Source: Methanothrix sp. (lineage in GTDB: Archaea > Halobacteriota > Methanosarcinia > Methanotrichales > Methanotrichaceae). Taken from it: DNA of 64,000 nt. Every line of letters starts with the position of its first letter. The stretch's first letter is position 1. Position numbers and translations under genes: made by a program. Below, piece by piece: positions 29,023 through 41,111 of this stretch. The notes beneath the pieces are model-generated. The model was not told the DNA's origin, did no database searches, and was given only the letters and a program-made list of their open reading frames with translations. The stretch covers positions 1,216,001 through 1,280,000 of the forward strand of contig OY821645.1 in assembly GCA_963682135.1 (NCBI GenBank), read 5' to 3'.

Positions 29023-29113
29023 GGGCTCGTAGCTCAGTTAGGCAGAGCGTCTGGCTTTTAAATTTTTGTGTGAAGATACCAGGTGGTCGAGGGTTCAAAT
29101 CCCCCCGAGCCCG
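29023..29113 (+). tRNA. tRNA-Lys(UUU) with a 17-nt intron at canonical position 37/38 (29061-29077)
   Basis: Acceptor gggctcg/cgagccc, D arm tagctcagttaggcagagc, anticodon TTT 29057-29059, T loop ggttcaaatcc; bulge-helix-bulge with cttt/gaag helix; CCA not encoded. Confidence 0.95.
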
Positions 29114-29164
29114 TTTGGAGTTTCCTGGCCTGTTTGCTGCTCCTTCTCCAATAAGGTGGTTTGA

Positions 29165-29401
29165 GTGACCAAGTTTGCCGTAAAAGATCATGAAATGGTT
29201 CCGGAACATGTGCTGCTCACACCGGAAGAGTGTGCCGAGGTGTTGAAATCATATAATATAGATGCACCTCAGCTACCTAAAATTCACGTAACTGACCCTG
29301 CGGCTAAAGAGATCGAGGCGAAAGTTGGCGATATCATCAAGGTAATCCGAAAGAGTACAACAGCTAAGCAATCGATCTTTTACCGGCTGGTAATCGATTA
29401 A
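29165..29401 (+). CDS. rpoH: RNA polymerase subunit H (Rpo5)
   Basis: HEMVPEH, QLPKI..DP, YRLV. Confidence 0.95.
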   Translation: MTKFAVKDHEMVPEHVLLTPEECAEVLKSYNIDAPQLPKIHVTDPAAKEIEAKVGDIIKVIRKSTTAKQSIFYRLVID

Positions 29402-29411
29402 GGGTGGTCTT

Positions 29412-30902
29412 TTGCTCGATAGAAATGTTCTTTATAGCTCCTATTTTACCAGGGACAAGTTGGTGCACCATCATATAAACTCATTTAATGATTTTATAGA
29501 TAAGGGTCTGCAGAAGGTCATAGATGAAGTAAATATCATCGAGACCAATATCGAGAATACCTATGTGAAGCTGGGCAAGATTCGAGTGGCAAAGCCCATG
29601 GTGCGCGAAGCGGACGGCTCCATCGAGAGGCTCTACCCCAATGATGCCAGGCTTCGCAATTTGACCTATGCCTCGCCCATCAAGCTGGAGATGACCATAG
29701 TGGAAGGCGAGACCGAGAAGGATCTGGTTGAGGCGGACATAGGCACATTGCCTATTATGCTCAACTCCAAGATCTGCAATCTTTCCGGCCTAACTGCAGA
29801 CGAGATGATAACCTATGGTGAGGACCCTTCCGATCCAGGTGGTTATTTCGTGGTCAACGGCTCAGAGCGCGTCATCATGACGTTGGAGGATCTGGCGCCA
29901 AACAAGATTCTGGTCGAATACAACCAGCGCTACGATGAGAATATCGAAGTTGCCAAGGTATTCAGCCAGAGGCAAGGCTACCGCTCCCTGGTTATTGTGG
30001 AGCGCGGCCGCCGCTCCATCCTGGAGGTATCCTTCCCCTCTGTCTCAGGACGACTCAACTTCGTGACACTGCTGCGCTCTCTAGGCATGGACACTGATAT
30101 GGAAATTGTGAAATCCGTATCAGACAATCCTGAAATCATAAAGTTCATGCTGGAAAATCTGGAGGAAGCAGAGGTTTCGACCAATGATGAGGCCCTGGAA
30201 AAAATCGGCGCACGCGTAGCCGCCGGCCAGGCCAAGGAATACCAGAAAAAGAGGGCGACTTATGTCCTGGACAGGTACCTGCTTCCTCACATAGGCGTGG
30301 AGGAGAAGGATCGCTTTTCCAAGGCGCTCTTCCTCTCGCGCATGGCAGAAGCCTGCTTCGAGCTGGCGCTGGAGCGACGCGGCGAGGACGATAAGGATCA
30401 TTACTCCAACAAGAGGCTGAAACTCTCCGGTGATCTGATGGAGGATCTATTCCGGGTGGCTTTCAACCGCTTGACCCGTGACATAAAGTACCAACTGGAG
30501 AGAGCCAGCATGAGAAACAGAGATCTTAATGTGGTGACCACGGTTCGCGCGGACGTCCTCACAGAGAGAATGATTCATCCCCTGGCCACAGGAAACTGGG
30601 TCGGCGGGCGCACAGGTGTCTCCCAGCTTCTGGATCGCACCGACTATATGGCATCGCTCTCCCATCTGCGTCGCGTGATCTCACCCCTCTCCCGATCTCA
30701 ACCGCACTTCGAGGCCAGAGATCTGCATGCTACCCAGTGGGGTCGCATCTGTCCCTGCGAGACTCCGGAAGGGCCGAACTGCGGACTGGTTAAGAACTTC
30801 GCCCAGGGAGTGGAGCTTTCCAAGGGTGCTGACGATTCAGTTAACATCAAGAAAATATTAATGGATTTAGGCGTGATTTCGGTAGGTGGTAATGTTGGCT
30901 GA
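29412..30902 (+). CDS. rpoB2: RNA polymerase subunit B'' (Rpo2N)
   Basis: [38 protein letters not shown]. Confidence 0.97.
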   Translation: MLDRNVLYSSYFTRDKLVHHHINSFNDFIDKGLQKVIDEVNIIETNIENTYVKLGKIRVAKPMVREADGSIERLYPNDARLRNLTYASPIKLEMTIVEGETEKDLVEADIGTLPIMLNSKICNLSGLTADEMITYGEDPSDPGGYFVVNGSERVIMTLEDLAPNKILVEYNQRYDENIEVAKVFSQRQGYRSLVIVERGRRSILEVSFPSVSGRLNFVTLLRSLGMDTDMEIVKSVSDNPEIIKFMLENLEEAEVSTNDEALEKIGARVAAGQAKEYQKKRATYVLDRYLLPHIGVEEKDRFSKALFLSRMAEACFELALERRGEDDKDHYSNKRLKLSGDLMEDLFRVAFNRLTRDIKYQLERASMRNRDLNVVTTVRADVLTERMIHPLATGNWVGGRTGVSQLLDRTDYMASLSHLRRVISPLSRSQPHFEARDLHATQWGRICPCETPEGPNCGLVKNFAQGVELSKGADDSVNIKKILMDLGVISVGGNVG

Positions 30903-32724
30903 AGCCTTGACTAGCGGCGCACGAATTTATGTAAACGGTGAGATCATAGGGCATCATGAAGACCCAAAGGCATTGGTCATGAATTTGCGTCGCCTGCGGC
31001 GTTCCGGCAGCATCAGCAGCCAAATGAACGTGGTCTATTTCGAGGACACCAATGAGATCTTCATGAACAACGACTCCGGCCGGGCCAGAAGGCCGCTCAT
31101 TGTTGTGGAAAACGGAAAGGCGCTGGTAACGCAAGAGCATGTAACCAAGATAAAGAACGGCGAGATGACCTTTGCTGATCTTGTGTCATGCGGCTTGGTC
31201 GAGTATCTGGATGCTGAGGAAGAAGAGAACACCCTCATTGCCATCTGGGAAGAAGATATCAAACCCGATCACACCCATCTGGAGCTGGACCCTTCGCTGA
31301 TTTTGGGCATCGCTGCGGGACTTGTGCCCTATCCGGAGCATAACGCCAGCCCCAGAAATACCATGGGCGCAGGAATGGTCAAGCAATGCCTGGGAATGTC
31401 CACCGCCAATATGAGGCTGCGGCCTGATACACGCGGCCATTATCTGAACAGTCCGCAAAGAGGCATAGTCAGGACCAAGACCTCGGGTGCCATAGGCTTT
31501 GAGGAGAGGCCTGCTGGACAAAATTTCATGGTGGCGGTCCTGGCGTATGAAGGATATAACATTGAAGATGCCTTGGTTATGAACCGCGGTTCTATCCAGC
31601 GCGGTCTTGCTAGGAGCCACTTCTTTCGCGTCTCAGAAGCTGAGGAGCGAAAATATCCGGGTGGCCAGGAGGACAAGTTCGAGATTCCTGATGTGGAGGT
31701 TCGGGGCGCACGAGGCAGTGAAGCTTACGATCAATTAGATTCCGACGGACTTGTCAACCCCAATGCCTATGTTGGCCCCAATGACGTGCTCATCGGCAAG
31801 ACCAGTCCGCCTCGATTCTTGGAGGAGCCTTCTGAGTTCGGCCTGACGCCCCAGCAGAGGCGAGAGACCTCCGTGACCATGCGTTCCAACGAGAAAGGTG
31901 TGGTGGATATGGTCATCCTCACCGAATCCTCTAACGGCAACCGCCTGGCCAAGGTCAAGAGCCGAGACCAGCGCATTCCGGAATTAGGTGACAAATTCGC
32001 CTCTCGACACGGCCAAAAAGGGGTAATCGGATTGATCGTGCCCCAGGAGGATATGCCCTTCACGGAATCCGGCATGGTGCCCGACCTACTGCTGAATCCT
32101 CATGCTATTCCCTCTCGAATGACTGTGGGCCACGTCCTGGAGATGATCGGTGGAAAGGTTGGATCATTAGAGGGCAGATTCGTGGACGCCACCGCCTTCC
32201 TGGGCGAGAACGAGCCGGATTTGCGCGGCGCTTTGAAGAAGTTCGGCTTCTCCCATACCGGCAGAGAAATCCTTTACAATGGAGCTACGGGTATGCAAAT
32301 CATGGCTGACCTCTTCGTGGGAGTGATTCTCTATCAGAAGCTCTATCACATGGTCACCGGCAAGATGCATGCCCGTTCCCGCGGACCGGTGCAGGTCTTA
32401 ACCCGCCAACCCACTGAAGGTCGTGCTCGCGAGGGTGGTCTGCGGTTTGGTGAGATGGAGAGAGATGTGCTCATAGCTCATGGCGCAGCCTTGGCTCTGA
32501 AAGAGCGTCTGGTTGATGAGTCGGATAAAGTTACGGAGCTTGTTTGCAGCCACTGCGGCATGATCGCTATCCATGATAGGCGCAGAAATGCGGACTTCTG
32601 CCCGACCTGCGGTGCGGATACGGAGATCTACCCCGTGGAGATGAGCTATGCCTTCAAGCTACTGCTCGACGAGATAAAATCATTAGGTGTAGCACCGCGG
32701 CTAATCCTGGAAGACGCGGTTTAG
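30892..32724 (+). CDS. rpoB1: RNA polymerase subunit B' (Rpo2C)
   Basis: [29 protein letters not shown]. Confidence 0.97.
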   Translation: MLAEALTSGARIYVNGEIIGHHEDPKALVMNLRRLRRSGSISSQMNVVYFEDTNEIFMNNDSGRARRPLIVVENGKALVTQEHVTKIKNGEMTFADLVSCGLVEYLDAEEEENTLIAIWEEDIKPDHTHLELDPSLILGIAAGLVPYPEHNASPRNTMGAGMVKQCLGMSTANMRLRPDTRGHYLNSPQRGIVRTKTSGAIGFEERPAGQNFMVAVLAYEGYNIEDALVMNRGSIQRGLARSHFFRVSEAEERKYPGGQEDKFEIPDVEVRGARGSEAYDQLDSDGLVNPNAYVGPNDVLIGKTSPPRFLEEPSEFGLTPQQRRETSVTMRSNEKGVVDMVILTESSNGNRLAKVKSRDQRIPELGDKFASRHGQKGVIGLIVPQEDMPFTESGMVPDLLLNPHAIPSRMTVGHVLEMIGGKVGSLEGRFVDATAFLGENEPDLRGALKKFGFSHTGREILYNGATGMQIMADLFVGVILYQKLYHMVTGKMHARSRGPVQVLTRQPTEGRAREGGLRFGEMERDVLIAHGAALALKERLVDESDKVTELVCSHCGMIAIHDRRRNADFCPTCGADTEIYPVEMSYAFKLLLDEIKSLGVAPRLILEDAV

Positions 32725-32732
32725 GTGGAAAT

Positions 32733-35360
32733 ATGACGGTCCCCAAGAGAATTGGCAAGATCCGCTTCGGCCTCATCTCGCCACAAGAGTTTCGCAAGAT
32801 GAGCGTAGTAAAGATCATTACCGCGGATACATACGACGACGATGGTTTTCCTATTGAAATGGGTCTCATGGACCCCCGGCTGGGTGTCATCGATCCGGGG
32901 CTGCGCTGCCGATCCTGCGGCGGTCGGCCCGGTGAGTGTCCCGGACACTTCGGCCATATCGACTTGATTGCCCCTGTTATTCACGTGGGCTTCGCTAAAT
33001 TGATCAGAAAGGTGCTGAGGGGCATCTGCAGAGATTGCTCGCGTCTCATGCTCAAAGAAAATGATAAGAAGATGTACCTGGGGCAAATTCAAGAACTTGA
33101 GCGATTGGGGCAGATGACTGACGACACAGTCAATAAGGTCTTCTCAGAGGCACGCAAGAACAAGACTTGCCCCTATTGTGGAGCACCCCAGAAGGAAATC
33201 AAATTCGAACGGCCCCTCTCGTATATCGAAGATGGCCACAAGCTCACTGCATCAGACATTCGTGATAGATTCGAAAAGGTCCCTGATGAAGATATTGCCG
33301 TCATGGGCATGAATCCAGCGACTGCACGCCCGGAATGGATCATCCTAACTGTGCTGCCCGTGCCGCCCGTTACCATGCGCCCCTCCATCACTCTGGAGTC
33401 CGGCCAGAGGAGCGAAGATGATCTCACTCATAAGCTGGTGGACATCATCAGGATCAACCAGCGTTTCCAGGAGAACCGCGAGGCAGGCGCACCCCAACTG
33501 ATCATTGAAGATCTTTGGGAGCTACTGCAGTATCATGTTACCACATTCCTGGATAATACCGTTTCCGGCGTGCCGCCCGCCCGTCATCGCAGCGGCCGGC
33601 CACTAAAAACGCTCTCCCAGAGGCTGAAGGGTAAAGAAGGACGTTTCCGAGGATCACTATCAGGAAAGCGCGTCAACTTCAGCGCCAGGACGGTCATCTC
33701 TCCTGACCCCAATCTCAGCATTGGTGAGGTAGGCGTGCCTATGGAGATAGCCATGGAGCTGTCCGTGCCCATGATTGCCAACGCCCGAAACATGGAAATT
33801 GTTAAGACCTTTGTGAGGCGTGGACCGGAACGACATCCGGGCGTGAATTATGCCACCAGGCCCGACCAGAGGCGTGTCAAGGTCACAGAAAAGAACTGCG
33901 AGGAGGTTGCCGAGCAGATCGACATCGGCTGGAAGATAGACAGACAGCTTGCCGACGGCGATATAGTCCTCTTCAACCGCCAGCCCTCCCTGCATAGAAT
34001 GTCCATCATGTCCCATCGCGTCAAGGTCATGCCCTACAAGACCTTCCGGCTCAATCCGGCCGTCTGCCCTCCCTACAACGCAGACTTCGACGGGGATGAG
34101 ATGAACATGCACGTGCCTCAAACCGAGGAGGCGCGTGCCGAGGCCGAGATCCTCATGCGCGTGCAGGAGAACATTCTCTCGCCCAGATTCGGCGGTCCTA
34201 TCATCGGCGGTATACACGACTATGTGACAGGCTCATTTCTGCTCACACATGGCAGGAAGCCCATCGATCGGCGGGGTGTTATGGAGCTTCTCAAGAAGTT
34301 CAATATTCCCGAGCTGCCGAAGCCCGAGGGTGTAATAGATGGCAAGCCCTACTGGACAGGAAAGCAGGTATTCAGTCTCGTCCTGCCGCGGGGCCTGGAC
34401 CTATCGTTTAAGGCCGATTTCTGCTATAACTGCGATGTCTGCAAAGGTGCTGATTGCGAGAACGATGCCTTTGTGATAATTGTTGACGGCCAGCTCTTGA
34501 AGGGTACCATTGACGCCGAGGCAGTGGGCGCTTTCAAAGGCAAGATAACAGACAGAATAATAAAGGAGTACAGTCCCTCCGTGGCAAGCGAGTTCCTGGA
34601 TCGGATGACCCTACTTGCGCTGCGGGGCATCATGCATGCGGGATTCTCCTTCGGTATAGATGATGAGGACATCCCCAAGGCTGCCGTGGATCAGATTGAG
34701 GAGACAACCAGAACCGCTCGCGAGAAGAGCCGGCAACTCATCGAGGCCTACAACGCAGGCGAACTGGAGCCCCTGCCCGGCAGGACTCTTGATGAGACCC
34801 TGGAGATGAGGATCATGCAGACACTGGGAAAGGCCAGGGATACAGCAGGTAAGATTGCCGGCCGTCACCTGGGACTGGACAACTCCGGAGTGGTCATGGC
34901 TGTGAGCGGAGCGCGAGGCAGCATGCTCAACCTCACCCAGATGGCAGCATGTGTCGGCCAGCAATCGGTGCGCGGCGAGCGCATCATGCGTGGTTATGCC
35001 GGCAGAACGCTCCCTCACTTCCGACCAGGAGACCTCGGCGCAGAAGCGCACGGCTTCGTGGAGTCAAGCTACAAAGGCGGCCTCAATCCCACAGAGTTCT
35101 TCTTCCACGCCATCGGTGGTCGCGAGGGTCTGGTGGATACGGCCATCAGGACATCCCAGAGCGGATACCTGCAGCGCCGGCTGGTAAATGCTCTGCAGGA
35201 CCTGGAGGTAAGGTACGACGGCACAGTCAAGGAGACGAGGGGCATGATTGTCCAGTTCCAGTACGGCGAAGACGGCGTGGATGCATCCCGGCGAGACTAC
35301 GCCAGTACAGACAACGTCAAGCGCATCATCAAGAGTGTGCTGAAGAAGGAGTCGGCATGA
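32733..35360 (+). CDS. rpoA1: RNA polymerase subunit A' (Rpo1N)
   Basis: CPGHFGHI, catalytic [22 protein letters not shown]. Confidence 0.98.
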   Translation: MTVPKRIGKIRFGLISPQEFRKMSVVKIITADTYDDDGFPIEMGLMDPRLGVIDPGLRCRSCGGRPGECPGHFGHIDLIAPVIHVGFAKLIRKVLRGICRDCSRLMLKENDKKMYLGQIQELERLGQMTDDTVNKVFSEARKNKTCPYCGAPQKEIKFERPLSYIEDGHKLTASDIRDRFEKVPDEDIAVMGMNPATARPEWIILTVLPVPPVTMRPSITLESGQRSEDDLTHKLVDIIRINQRFQENREAGAPQLIIEDLWELLQYHVTTFLDNTVSGVPPARHRSGRPLKTLSQRLKGKEGRFRGSLSGKRVNFSARTVISPDPNLSIGEVGVPMEIAMELSVPMIANARNMEIVKTFVRRGPERHPGVNYATRPDQRRVKVTEKNCEEVAEQIDIGWKIDRQLADGDIVLFNRQPSLHRMSIMSHRVKVMPYKTFRLNPAVCPPYNADFDGDEMNMHVPQTEEARAEAEILMRVQENILSPRFGGPIIGGIHDYVTGSFLLTHGRKPIDRRGVMELLKKFNIPELPKPEGVIDGKPYWTGKQVFSLVLPRGLDLSFKADFCYNCDVCKGADCENDAFVIIVDGQLLKGTIDAEAVGAFKGKITDRIIKEYSPSVASEFLDRMTLLALRGIMHAGFSFGIDDEDIPKAAVDQIEETTRTAREKSRQLIEAYNAGELEPLPGRTLDETLEMRIMQTLGKARDTAGKIAGRHLGLDNSGVVMAVSGARGSMLNLTQMAACVGQQSVRGERIMRGYAGRTLPHFRPGDLGAEAHGFVESSYKGGLNPTEFFFHAIGGREGLVDTAIRTSQSGYLQRRLVNALQDLEVRYDGTVKETRGMIVQFQYGEDGVDASRRDYASTDNVKRIIKSVLKKESA

Positions 35361-36496
35361 TCCTCACAGAAAAAGACATCACAGAGAAGCTAGTGGAGCT
35401 TGACCTTCCCCCGAGCATCAAGGAAGCAATAGAAAACGGGCTAAAAGGAGCTACAATAAGTTCAGAGCAACTGGAGGATATCACATCCCAGGTGGCCTCT
35501 GACTACGAGCACTCCAAAGTCGAGCCATGCGAAGCGGTGGGCGTTGTCGCGGCCCAGTCCATTGGTGAACCCGGCACTCAGATGACCATGCGTACTTTCC
35601 ACTACGCAGGCGTAGCTGAGATCAACGTAACCCTGGGTTTGCCGAGACTCATAGAGATTGTGGACGCGAGAAAGATTCCCTCCACACCTACTATGACCAT
35701 AAAGCTTAATCAGGATTATGCCCACGATCGTGACCTGGCAAGAGAAGTGGCCTGGGCCATAGAGTCCACCTCCATTCTCCACCTGGGATCCATAGCCACC
35801 GATCTAGCAGAGATGAATGTAATCATTGAGTTGAATCCCAGTGCAATGGAGCAGCGCAAGATCACTGCAGAAGAGGTCGCTTCAAGATTGAAAGAGGAAA
35901 CCGGTCTTAATGTAGATCAAAAAGAGAACCTGCTGGTGATGGTCCCCAAGGAACCCTCTTACCGTGAGCTACTACAACTGGTGGAGAAGATCAAGAGGCT
36001 ATCGCTCAAAGGCGTGGAGGGCATCAAGCGCGTCGTCATCCGCAAAGAAGGCGATGAATACATCCTTTACACAGAAGGCTCTTCGATCAAGAAGGTCATG
36101 CAGTTTGAGGGAGTGGACCCCGCTCGCATCAAGACCAATAATATAAGTGAGATCGGAGAAGTGCTTGGCATCGAGGCGGCACGAAATGCCATCATAAATG
36201 AAGCCACGGACACGCTACGCGAGCAGGGTCTCTCAGTAGATGTGCGACACATCATGTTGGTGGCGGACATCATGACCGTAGACGGAGAGCTAAAACAGAT
36301 AGGACGACATGGCGTCTCAGGCGAAAAGGCCAGTGTGCTGGCCAGAGCTGCCTTCGAGGTCACGGTCAACCATATTCTGGATGCGGCCATTCGCGGGGAC
36401 GTAGACGATCTAAAAGGTGTGACGGAGAACGTAATCGTTGGCCAGCCCATACAGCTTGGCACGGGCGACGTTACCCTGGTGGCAATAAAGAGATGA
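35357..36496 (+). CDS. rpoA2: RNA polymerase subunit A'' (Rpo1C)
   Basis: [25 protein letters not shown]; ATG 35357 overlaps the rpoA1 stop. Confidence 0.97.
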   Translation: MILTEKDITEKLVELDLPPSIKEAIENGLKGATISSEQLEDITSQVASDYEHSKVEPCEAVGVVAAQSIGEPGTQMTMRTFHYAGVAEINVTLGLPRLIEIVDARKIPSTPTMTIKLNQDYAHDRDLAREVAWAIESTSILHLGSIATDLAEMNVIIELNPSAMEQRKITAEEVASRLKEETGLNVDQKENLLVMVPKEPSYRELLQLVEKIKRLSLKGVEGIKRVVIRKEGDEYILYTEGSSIKKVMQFEGVDPARIKTNNISEIGEVLGIEAARNAIINEATDTLREQGLSVDVRHIMLVADIMTVDGELKQIGRHGVSGEKASVLARAAFEVTVNHILDAAIRGDVDDLKGVTENVIVGQPIQLGTGDVTLVAIKR

Positions 36497-36506
36497 GGTA
36501 ATAACG

Positions 36507-36815
36507 ATGATAAACGTAGATAGAGCCCTAAGAAGTTCCATCAGAACCGGAAAAGTGGTGCTAGGATCGAATAGGACCGTTGAAACAGGACTTGACGGAC
36601 AGGCTAAACTCATAGTGTTCGCGGTAGACTGTCCTATGGATGTAAGGATGCAACTGGAGACCATAGACGTCCCAGTCTACGGTTACCAGGGTATGGGCAA
36701 GGACCTCGGATCTGCCTGCGGGAAACCCTTCTCCGTGGCCGCCTTGGCCATCATCGAGCCAGGTGACTCGGAGATAATGGCACTGCAGCGCGAGATCCGA
36801 GGTGTTGAGGCATGA
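36507..36815 (+). CDS. rpl30e: 50S ribosomal protein L30e
   Basis: TGKVVLGS, LGSACGKPF, PGDSEI; conserved synteny. Confidence 0.95.
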   Translation: MINVDRALRSSIRTGKVVLGSNRTVETGLDGQAKLIVFAVDCPMDVRMQLETIDVPVYGYQGMGKDLGSACGKPFSVAALAIIEPGDSEIMALQREIRGVEA

Positions 36816-37243
36816 GTGAGTTTAAGCTCACCACCGAAGGAATCAGATATATTGCTTTGTTCGAGAGCCTGACGGGCGGCATGGCCAGAGATTGCGTCGT
36901 AGATGCGGAGAACGAACGCATCATTTTTGTCATAAAAAAAGGAGATATGGGCGCAGCCATAGGCCGAAAGGGCTCAAACATCAACCGGGTCAAGAAGTCG
37001 GTAGGAAAGCAGATAGAGATCGTCGAGTACAGCGACGATGTAAAGGAATTCTTGGAGAACCTCTTCCAGCCGGCGGCCATAAAGAATGTTATGGTCGTTG
37101 ACAAGAACAATAAGCGATTGGCTTATGTAGAGGTAGCAAATAAGGACAAAGGCATTGCCATCGGCAGAGATGGCAGAAACATACTAAAAGCCAAGATGCT
37201 TGCGCAGAGGCATCACGGCGTTGATGATATCATAATTCAATAA
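36812..37243 (+). CDS. nusA: Archaeal NusA (two KH domains)
   Basis: GAAIGRKGSNI, GIAIGRDGRNI. Confidence 0.95.
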   Translation: MSEFKLTTEGIRYIALFESLTGGMARDCVVDAENERIIFVIKKGDMGAAIGRKGSNINRVKKSVGKQIEIVEYSDDVKEFLENLFQPAAIKNVMVVDKNNKRLAYVEVANKDKGIAIGRDGRNILKAKMLAQRHHGVDDIIIQ

Positions 37244-37272
37244 CGGTTTGCGATTTACTCAAGGTGAAATAA

Positions 37273-37701
37273 ATGGGAAATGGAATCTATGCCGCCAGGA
37301 AACTGGAGAGTGATAGGAAGGCGCTCCGGTGGAGCGATCCTAAGTATATCCGAAGGATGTCGGGGAGCAAGATGAAGGCTGACCCCCTGGGTGGAGCGCC
37401 TATGGGACGGGGAATAGTTCTCGAGAAGGTCGGAATTGAGGCTAAGCAGCCCAACTCAGCCATAAGAAAGGCGGTGCGCATACAGCTCATCAAGAATGGC
37501 CGTCAGGTTACAGCTTTTGCTCCGGGCGATGGAGCCATCGGATTCATAGATGAGCATGACGAGGTCACTGTCGATCGTATCGGCGGTCGTCAGGGACGGT
37601 CCATGGGAGATATCCCTGGAGTCAGATTCAAGGTTATCGCTGTCAATAATGTCTCCTTGCTGGAGCTTGTCCGAGGGAGAAAGGAAAAGCCGGTGAGGTG
37701 A
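37273..37701 (+). CDS. rps12: 30S ribosomal protein S12 (uS12)
   Basis: [20 protein letters not shown]. Confidence 0.97.
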   Translation: MGNGIYAARKLESDRKALRWSDPKYIRRMSGSKMKADPLGGAPMGRGIVLEKVGIEAKQPNSAIRKAVRIQLIKNGRQVTAFAPGDGAIGFIDEHDEVTVDRIGGRQGRSMGDIPGVRFKVIAVNNVSLLELVRGRKEKPVR

Positions 37702-38264
37702 TTATTGTGAAGCTATTCGGCAAGTGGGATGCATCTGAGGTCGAGGTTGCAGACCCGAGCACCAAGGGCTATATGAACCTGGCATCCAAGTCAGTCATGA
37801 TTTCGGGCGGCAAGCATGCCAAGCAGCAGTTCAAGAAGTCCGAGCAGCACATCGTAGAGCGCCTGGTAAACAAGATGATGAGAACGGAGAAGAACACAGG
37901 CAAGAAGCTCAAGGCCTACGGCATAGTCGAGAGTGCGTTCGAGATAGTTGCCAAGAAGACCAAGGAGAACCCGCTATCCGTTCTGGCCAAGGCCATAGCC
38001 AACGCCGGACCGCGAGAAGAGGTTGTCCGTCTCAAGTACGGCGGCATTACTGTGCCCAAAGCCGTGGATACATCTCCTCAGAGACGTGTGGACACGGCCC
38101 TCATGTTCCTGACCAAGGGAGCACATGCTGCATCCTTTAAGAAAACCAAGAAGGCTGATGTCGCTCTGGCGGATGAGATCATATCCGCAGCCAACCGCGA
38201 TGTCAAGAGCTACGCCATCAACCACAGGGATAGTGTGGAGCGCGTGGCCAAAGCAGCCAGGTAA
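37698..38264 (+). CDS. rps7: 30S ribosomal protein S7 (uS7)
   Basis: [33 protein letters not shown]. Confidence 0.97.
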   Translation: MIIVKLFGKWDASEVEVADPSTKGYMNLASKSVMISGGKHAKQQFKKSEQHIVERLVNKMMRTEKNTGKKLKAYGIVESAFEIVAKKTKENPLSVLAKAIANAGPREEVVRLKYGGITVPKAVDTSPQRRVDTALMFLTKGAHAASFKKTKKADVALADEIISAANRDVKSYAINHRDSVERVAKAAR

Positions 38265-38286
38265 TCCGATTTCTAGCGAGAAAGAT

Positions 38287-38325
38287 AGGCGCGGGAAAGG
38301 CCGCGTCTGTCAAGTCATTTTTTTA
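38287..38325 (+). terminator. Hairpin plus T-tract after rps7
   Basis: aggcgcgg-gaaagg-ccgcgtct followed by a run of T. Confidence 0.5.
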
Positions 38326-38645
38326 GCCGTTTAGATTTCCAGACCGGCAGGAACGAGTTGATTTACCCAGGTACTCAAGTCTGCATCAGCTTCACCCTTC
38401 TTTCTATCGTCAAGAATGCACTTGACCGTTATTGCATCGTCATATGTCTCCGGATCCGTGCAAAGTACTTATGTGGTTCATCTGGAAGAGACATGGCAGA
38501 TATTTCCATTAAGCCCAGCATTACTTCGTCTTTGGACATATCAGCATCAGATCTATAGGAGATCGTTCTCCTTGTCAGTTTTTCGTCATGCTCGCACGCG
38601 AGGATGGCAAAAGTCATGGGCTGGCCATATTTGACCGGGCAAATT

Positions 38646-39458
38646 TTATAAAGTCTTCCTGACGGCGTCCGATAGATCCAATCTCCGGATCGGCATAAAG
38701 TTCCCGCTACCGATCAGCCAGAATATTTTATCCAAGGCATATGGTGTGACTTTAGCATTTCTAGCCACGCGGATGATTGCCTTAAACAATTTATAGTCAT
38801 CAATACCCTCATCACATAGCGCAAGAGCCGTGAATATATCTCGTAAATGTACGTCCGGTTTGGGAAAATTGACGTATCCGAGTTCCTTTAGGAAATTGCA
38901 GGAAAGGGCAAATCCGAATCCTTCGATCTCATGATCCAGAAGCATGGGCAGGCATGCCCTTGATCGATCGTCTCGATCAAAATAGTCGGCCCATTTGAAG
39001 AATTCATCTGCTGAATCAAACTGATCGATAAATTCAGCAGCAGAAAGGATTGTTTGGCAGTAGCGGGGCCAAATGCTTCTCGAAGTTCTGCGAATCTTGC
39101 CCCGTGGTTTTAGCTTTTCCACGATCTGATCGAGGACTGCTTCCCAGTTACTTGCATATGTTTTCAATACATATTCCGGGTCGAAACCATTTGAGATCAA
39201 GGCCAGCCTGTCCACTCCACCGATCGCATCTCCAATAACATTGGCTTTCATATTGGCATTCTGCGCGGAGTCAAGCAGTCGATGGTAAAGGTCATTCTTC
39301 GACGATGGTTTGGGACGGGAAGATGGTAGATTCTGATATTTCTCGACAATTATTTCGGTAACACCAGGTATCGTCAGCAGATAGCCTCTTGCTAGTTCGT
39401 AAGCCTTCCGATCCATCTCAGGAGTTGTATTCATCTTATTCGACCTTGCATTCTTCAT
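38646..39458 (-). CDS. Hypothetical protein with HhH DNA-glycosylase-like motif; C-terminus possibly frameshifted
   Basis: IEGFGFALSCNFLKELG...KPDVHLRDIF resembles an HhH followed by a PxD(V)H motif; LDKIFWLIGSG. Confidence 0.6.
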   Translation of the reverse strand: MKNARSNKMNTTPEMDRKAYELARGYLLTIPGVTEIIVEKYQNLPSSRPKPSSKNDLYHRLLDSAQNANMKANVIGDAIGGVDRLALISNGFDPEYVLKTYASNWEAVLDQIVEKLKPRGKIRRTSRSIWPRYCQTILSAAEFIDQFDSADEFFKWADYFDRDDRSRACLPMLLDHEIEGFGFALSCNFLKELGYVNFPKPDVHLRDIFTALALCDEGIDDYKLFKAIIRVARNAKVTPYALDKIFWLIGSGNFMPIRRLDLSDAVRKTL

Positions 39459-39871
39459 TTGGGAGCATCATCGCCACGGCCAATGCGATCCCACTTATTG
39501 CGATAATCATCCTTATCATATGCCGCTATTTCGAGCCAATGAGAAACCTTTCCATTCTTCTCGCCTCTATGAATCCCTCCCAAAACTTCCGAGGGAAGCA
39601 TAATAAATGCACACGGCTCCTGAACTACATTTATTACTATGATCCAAAAATCACCCATGATCTTGTCCAAACTGGCACCGATAGGAACTGGGTTGCACTT
39701 GCTCAATGCCTTGACTTGCAGCTTCAAAAAGCGCAATCCGTCTGTGCTATATGCTATAATGTCGATACCGCGCGCATTACGGGATGTGGGCATGACATTC
39801 CAGCCCATGCGAGACAGTTGATAACACGTATAAAATAGACCGGAGTTTCCTGTTATTTGTTTTTCAGGCAT
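39455..39871 (-). CDS. Small PD-(D/E)XK superfamily nuclease-like protein
   Basis: TGNSG..Y..YQLSRMGW, GIDIIAY, LQVKAL; ATGA overlap with the downstream gene. Confidence 0.7.
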   Translation of the reverse strand: MPEKQITGNSGLFYTCYQLSRMGWNVMPTSRNARGIDIIAYSTDGLRFLKLQVKALSKCNPVPIGASLDKIMGDFWIIVINVVQEPCAFIMLPSEVLGGIHRGEKNGKVSHWLEIAAYDKDDYRNKWDRIGRGDDAPK

Positions 39872-39938
39872 ATTCTTGATCTCTCCTTCAGTCAGATCTC
39901 GATACTCGTAGGCTAGAGTCTGTGTTCTTCCGGAATAT

Positions 39939-41003
39939 TTATTTAAACCTCTTTATAAACGACTTATCAATCCAGCTCTTCAGCGAGTAGATCAGCCTCG
40001 TCGGCACGCCGATGCAGGTCTTGCCCACCACGCCAACAGCGCAATCCGCGCCCAAGGATATCAGCGCCACCTGGCTGTCTGTGCTGGCCCGAACCGAATA
40101 TTTCTCGAAGGTTTGGCCTTTGATCATGTTTCTGAAATGGCGGGCCAGGTACTTGGCCTGTCGCTCCGCTTCCAGGCCGGTCTTGGTGGCAAGCCTACCA
40201 TCGACCTCGATCCAGGCGCAGTCGCCCATAGCAAAGATATTGCCTTTGGCATTGAGGTGATCGTCCACCAGTATCCAGCCATTCTTCTTGGGCAGGTCCA
40301 GATCCTGGATGAATGGAGAAGGTTTGACTCCTGCCGTCCAGATGGCCATGTCGCAGTCCAGGCTGGAGCCGTCCGTGAAGTTGATGCAGTCCGGCTTGAC
40401 CTCGGCGACCTGGGTGGAAGTGAGGATGTTTACACCCTTCTTGGAGAGCGCCTTTTCCACAAGCCCGGAGGTCTGCGCTGAGAATAGGGGCAAGACCCGC
40501 TCCCTGGCTTCGATAATATAGATGCTGGCGTCCATGCTTTCGGCCAGAATAGACGCTGCCTCCACGCCGGTGAGGCCGGAACCCATGATCATGATGCGCT
40601 CAGGATAGTTATCTTCCACGTAGCGACGCGCCCTTTTAGTCTCCTCGAGAGTGTTGATGGAAAACGTATTCTCGACGCCCTTGATGCCGAAGTAGTTCTG
40701 AGCAGCGCCGGTAGCCACCACCACATAGTCAAACTCAACTTGCGACTTCTCACAGACAACGGTGTTGCCCTCCAGGCGCAGGGCCTTTTCTTGAATGTGT
40801 ACGGCACCCAAGCGCTCGCAAAATGGCTTGAGAGGGGCTGCCAGATCCTGCAGCCTGGCCACTCCCCCCAGGTATTCGGGATACAGGGCCTGCATCTCCA
40901 CCTGCTTCTTGGGCTCAATCAATGTGAACTGCAGAGGGCAGGGTGAGGCGACTCTAATCAACTCTGCACCGGCTATGCCTCCTCCAATGACAGCAACCTT
41001 CAT
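39939..41003 (-). CDS. FAD/NAD(P)-dependent oxidoreductase, type II NADH dehydrogenase-like
   Basis: VIGGGIAG, DYVVVATG, GSGLTGVE, WTAGV, IFAMGD. Confidence 0.88.
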   Translation of the reverse strand: MKVAVIGGGIAGAELIRVASPCPLQFTLIEPKKQVEMQALYPEYLGGVARLQDLAAPLKPFCERLGAVHIQEKALRLEGNTVVCEKSQVEFDYVVVATGAAQNYFGIKGVENTFSINTLEETKRARRYVEDNYPERIMIMGSGLTGVEAASILAESMDASIYIIEARERVLPLFSAQTSGLVEKALSKKGVNILTSTQVAEVKPDCINFTDGSSLDCDMAIWTAGVKPSPFIQDLDLPKKNGWILVDDHLNAKGNIFAMGDCAWIEVDGRLATKTGLEAERQAKYLARHFRNMIKGQTFEKYSVRASTDSQVALISLGADCAVGVVGKTCIGVPTRLIYSLKSWIDKSFIKRFK

Positions 41004-41111
41004 GATCTCGAAACCTCTCTGTTTTAGGTTTGAAACAAATCGGTTATAAATGCATCGTGCTCGGCAATTGCATACAATTTTATAATGGCATATTCATATC
41101 AGGCCGTTGAA

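Noticed and set aside
34949-35356. Long N-terminal extension of RpoA''
   Set aside because: Overlaps rpoA1 in another frame; the real start is ATG 35357 after a GGAG RBS
29412-36496. Inteins in RNA polymerase subunits
   Set aside because: Subunit lengths are ordinary and no intein terminal or LAGLIDADG motifs were seen
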